Origin: Camelus dromedarius
Lineage: Eukaryota
Direction of reading: 5' to 3'
Assembly: GCF_036321535.1 (NCBI RefSeq)
Contig: NC_087438.1
Span: 1,118,001 to 1,182,000 of the forward strand
DNA: 64,000 nucleotides
The notes under the pieces were generated by a model, which searched no databases, was not told the DNA's origin, and saw only the letters and a list, made by a program, of their open reading frames with translations. This document shows positions 61,737-64,000 of the stretch, piece after piece. A program made the position numbers and the translations under genes. Within the stretch, counting starts at the first letter, position 1, and every line of letters begins with the position of its first letter.

Positions 61737-63879
61737 CCATTTAACGACGCAAAGACGACCCTGCAGTCTTGGTGGACCCGCCCACCCCCAACCCTCTTCC
61801 CTCTTTGCTTCTTCCTTCTCCGACTCAGCGTCCACGTTCGTCCAAGGGGAGAGCCACCCTCCTGGTCAAACGTCACACTCCCAGGCATGCCACTTTTCCC
61901 GGTGGCATCCGACGAACCGTGGACGCTGGACACTGGTGAACCCAGCTGCCCCTTCCTGCAGGTCTGCACTTGTGAAGGGCTTTCCACGGCAGGTGGCGGG
62001 AGTCCCTCACGCGCTCAGGACCGCTGGCCTCCAGAGGGCGATGCAGGTCCCCCCCCCCCCGCCCCCGCAATGCTGGTTCCACCCCCCCTGCTCTCCGGCC
62101 CCCTCCCACAGTGCTCCAGCACCGCCCGCCTTCCCCGCTGTCAGGGGTCACAGGGGCCACCGGAAATGTCACCCCCAACACAAACAGTAGTGCCACCTCC
62201 GCCCTGTTCCTGTCCTGTCCCCACGCCGCGCCCCTCTCCCCGGGACCCTCCCCGCGGTGGGACTGCTCCCCTCACACGGCCTGACACCCTGCGGGGCCAG
62301 GTCTGTGCCCTGCGGGGCTGGCGGGGGCCCCTGGGGCCACCAGGCGTGCTCGCCTGCTTTCCCTTCCCGTTTCCCTTCCTCTCAGAGAAAGCCCCTCACA
62401 GACATGCTTGCACTGCATCCTCCCCCTCCTCTCCATGCTTCCTTCTCCAGGGACCCATGTGTTTCCCTCTCCGCGTGTAAACTTCGTCCTTAACGTCTCA
62501 ATGTCCTTGGCTGGTGGCAGCCCTTTTAACTCCCTGCTCTTCCCGTTACACCTTCTGCTCTGCATATTAGACACGGTAACGTCAGAGTCCTCTTTGGGTG
62601 GTTTTGTCATTTCCATCCCCCCGGGAGCGAATCCCCCTGGCTGGTTGCGCCCGAGCGCGCTGGCATGTGGCTTCCCGGCCTCCCTCTCCACGGCTCGTCG
62701 TGGGGTGGCTGGCTTCTCCCTGTCCCCCAAGGCCCCCAGCTCAAAACCCATGTTTCCGGTGCACTTCCTCCTGGTCCGAAGGCCCCTGACCTAAGCAGCC
62801 CCCCCGCCAACGCCCAACACACCTGTAAGGGCCGTGAGCGAGGGGAGGGCGGCTGCGCTGGACATCCTTGTTCGGCAAGGGGTGGGGGGGGCGGCAGGCA
62901 GCCTCCGGCGCAGAGCGCTCCCAGGCCCTGCGGGCGCAGCCCCTCTGCAGCGGGCCCGGGCCTGCCCCCCGGGCAGGAGGCTGCAGCCCTGGGCTCCCGC
63001 TTCTGCCTCCCCCACAGGACGTGGGCCGGCCTTGTGCCTGGCAGCGTTCCGGGCCTGTTCACTCTGGGGGACCCCGAAGTCCTCTCTGCGCTGTGACTCT
63101 CTGCCATCGTCAGTCAAGGATATTCACTCCCTCAAAACCTCCGTGGGGTTTTATGTTTCAGCTCGTAATCCCTTCCATGAGGCAGAAGACACAGTCGCAG
63201 ACCTACTTAATTCATTCAACATTGGATCCCCGGAGGCTGCAGAGACGGTGCTCCAGGGGTCTTGGAAACACTGGCGTCTGGCTTAAAGGGCCTGTGAGAC
63301 AAGCCCCCGAGCTTTTCTGTTTGGCAGAGGCCTCCAGGTTTAACCTCCTTGAGTCTTCCTGATACCGTATTGAAGCGTTTACAGCCCGCCTTGACTTCTG
63401 TGAGGCCGGGTTTGACCGGCAGGGCCCTTGGTGTGGTCTCTGCCTGGAGGCCACCGCCCGGGGGAGAACCTCTGCCGGCCGTGAAGACCATGCTGGGCCC
63501 TTCAGTAGGCGCGGCCAGTCCAGCCAAAGACTAGACAGACGGTCGTCAGTCCCCCCCCCCCCATTGTTTCACGGGCAGCAGAACGAAGGCTGGTGGCTCT
63601 TCAAGTTTGGCCCAGAAGTTTCCTCATTGAGACCGTCAGGACTGTGGGCACGTTTTCCACGACCTGTGTTACCGCAGGCCACGGTGCTGCCAAGTTTCTG
63701 CCGCCATCTGACAAGCTTTCCTTCCCTCGGGCTTGCAGCAACATTCTCGTCGCTTCCATTAAGGCCCTTCCAACAGCCTCACGCAGGCTGTTCAAACTTC
63801 TGCCTGGCGTCTGGCATCAGAACCCGTGTCACATGTTTTGGGTTTAGTTTTGGCAGCCTCCCGCCTCCTGGTACCAGGT

Positions 63880-64000
63880 CTCTTTTGCTAAGGAACAAAT
63901 CTCTCCAACATTTACGGGTGTAAAACCACCAACTCTTACTCTGGCCCCAGAGTCTGTGGGTCAGAAAATCTGGACGGGCTTGGCTCCGAGCTTCCCGAGT
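63880..64000 (-). mobile_element. MLT1-type LTR end, truncated by the window edge
   Basis: aacaaatctctccaacatttacgggtgtaaaaccacc...gtctgtgggtcagaaaatctggacgggcttggct. Confidence 0.6.

Noticed and set aside
1..64000. Assigning a specific host or neighbouring gene
   Set aside because: No coding exon or UTR was recognised; naming a locus would be a guess without alignment.

Overview
GC-rich mammalian genomic DNA with no recognisable protein-coding exon. It is most likely camelid (camel/alpaca/llama), inferred from three tRNA-Ala-derived SINEs of the camelid Vic-1 type and cetartiodactyl-style L1 3' UTRs. The window reads as intergenic or deep-intronic sequence in a GC-rich, subtelomere-like isochore. 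It contains many decayed transposable elements: several LINE-1 fragments (including two multi-kb relics with ORF1 and ORF2 and one 5'-inverted, twin-primed insertion), MaLR/ERVL LTRs (MLT1, MLT2), ERV1 LTRs (one intact MER41-like solo LTR with a 4-bp target-site duplication), hAT-Charlie MITEs (MER33 x2, MER58, MER5A), a MIR and short tandem repeats. Between them lie CpG-rich patches and AT-rich, motif-dense islands that look like enhancers. The many ORFs in the track are explained by GC content or L1 remnants. I did not find a convincing novel biological system. The best leads are a candidate spliced non-coding transcript at ~29.7-30.3 kb, patchy AT-to-GC erosion of old repeats (possible fossil recombination hotspots), the MER41-like LTR and candidate enhancers. 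Repeat family names come from my recall of consensus sequences, not from a database search, and boundaries are approximate unless a TSD is quoted.
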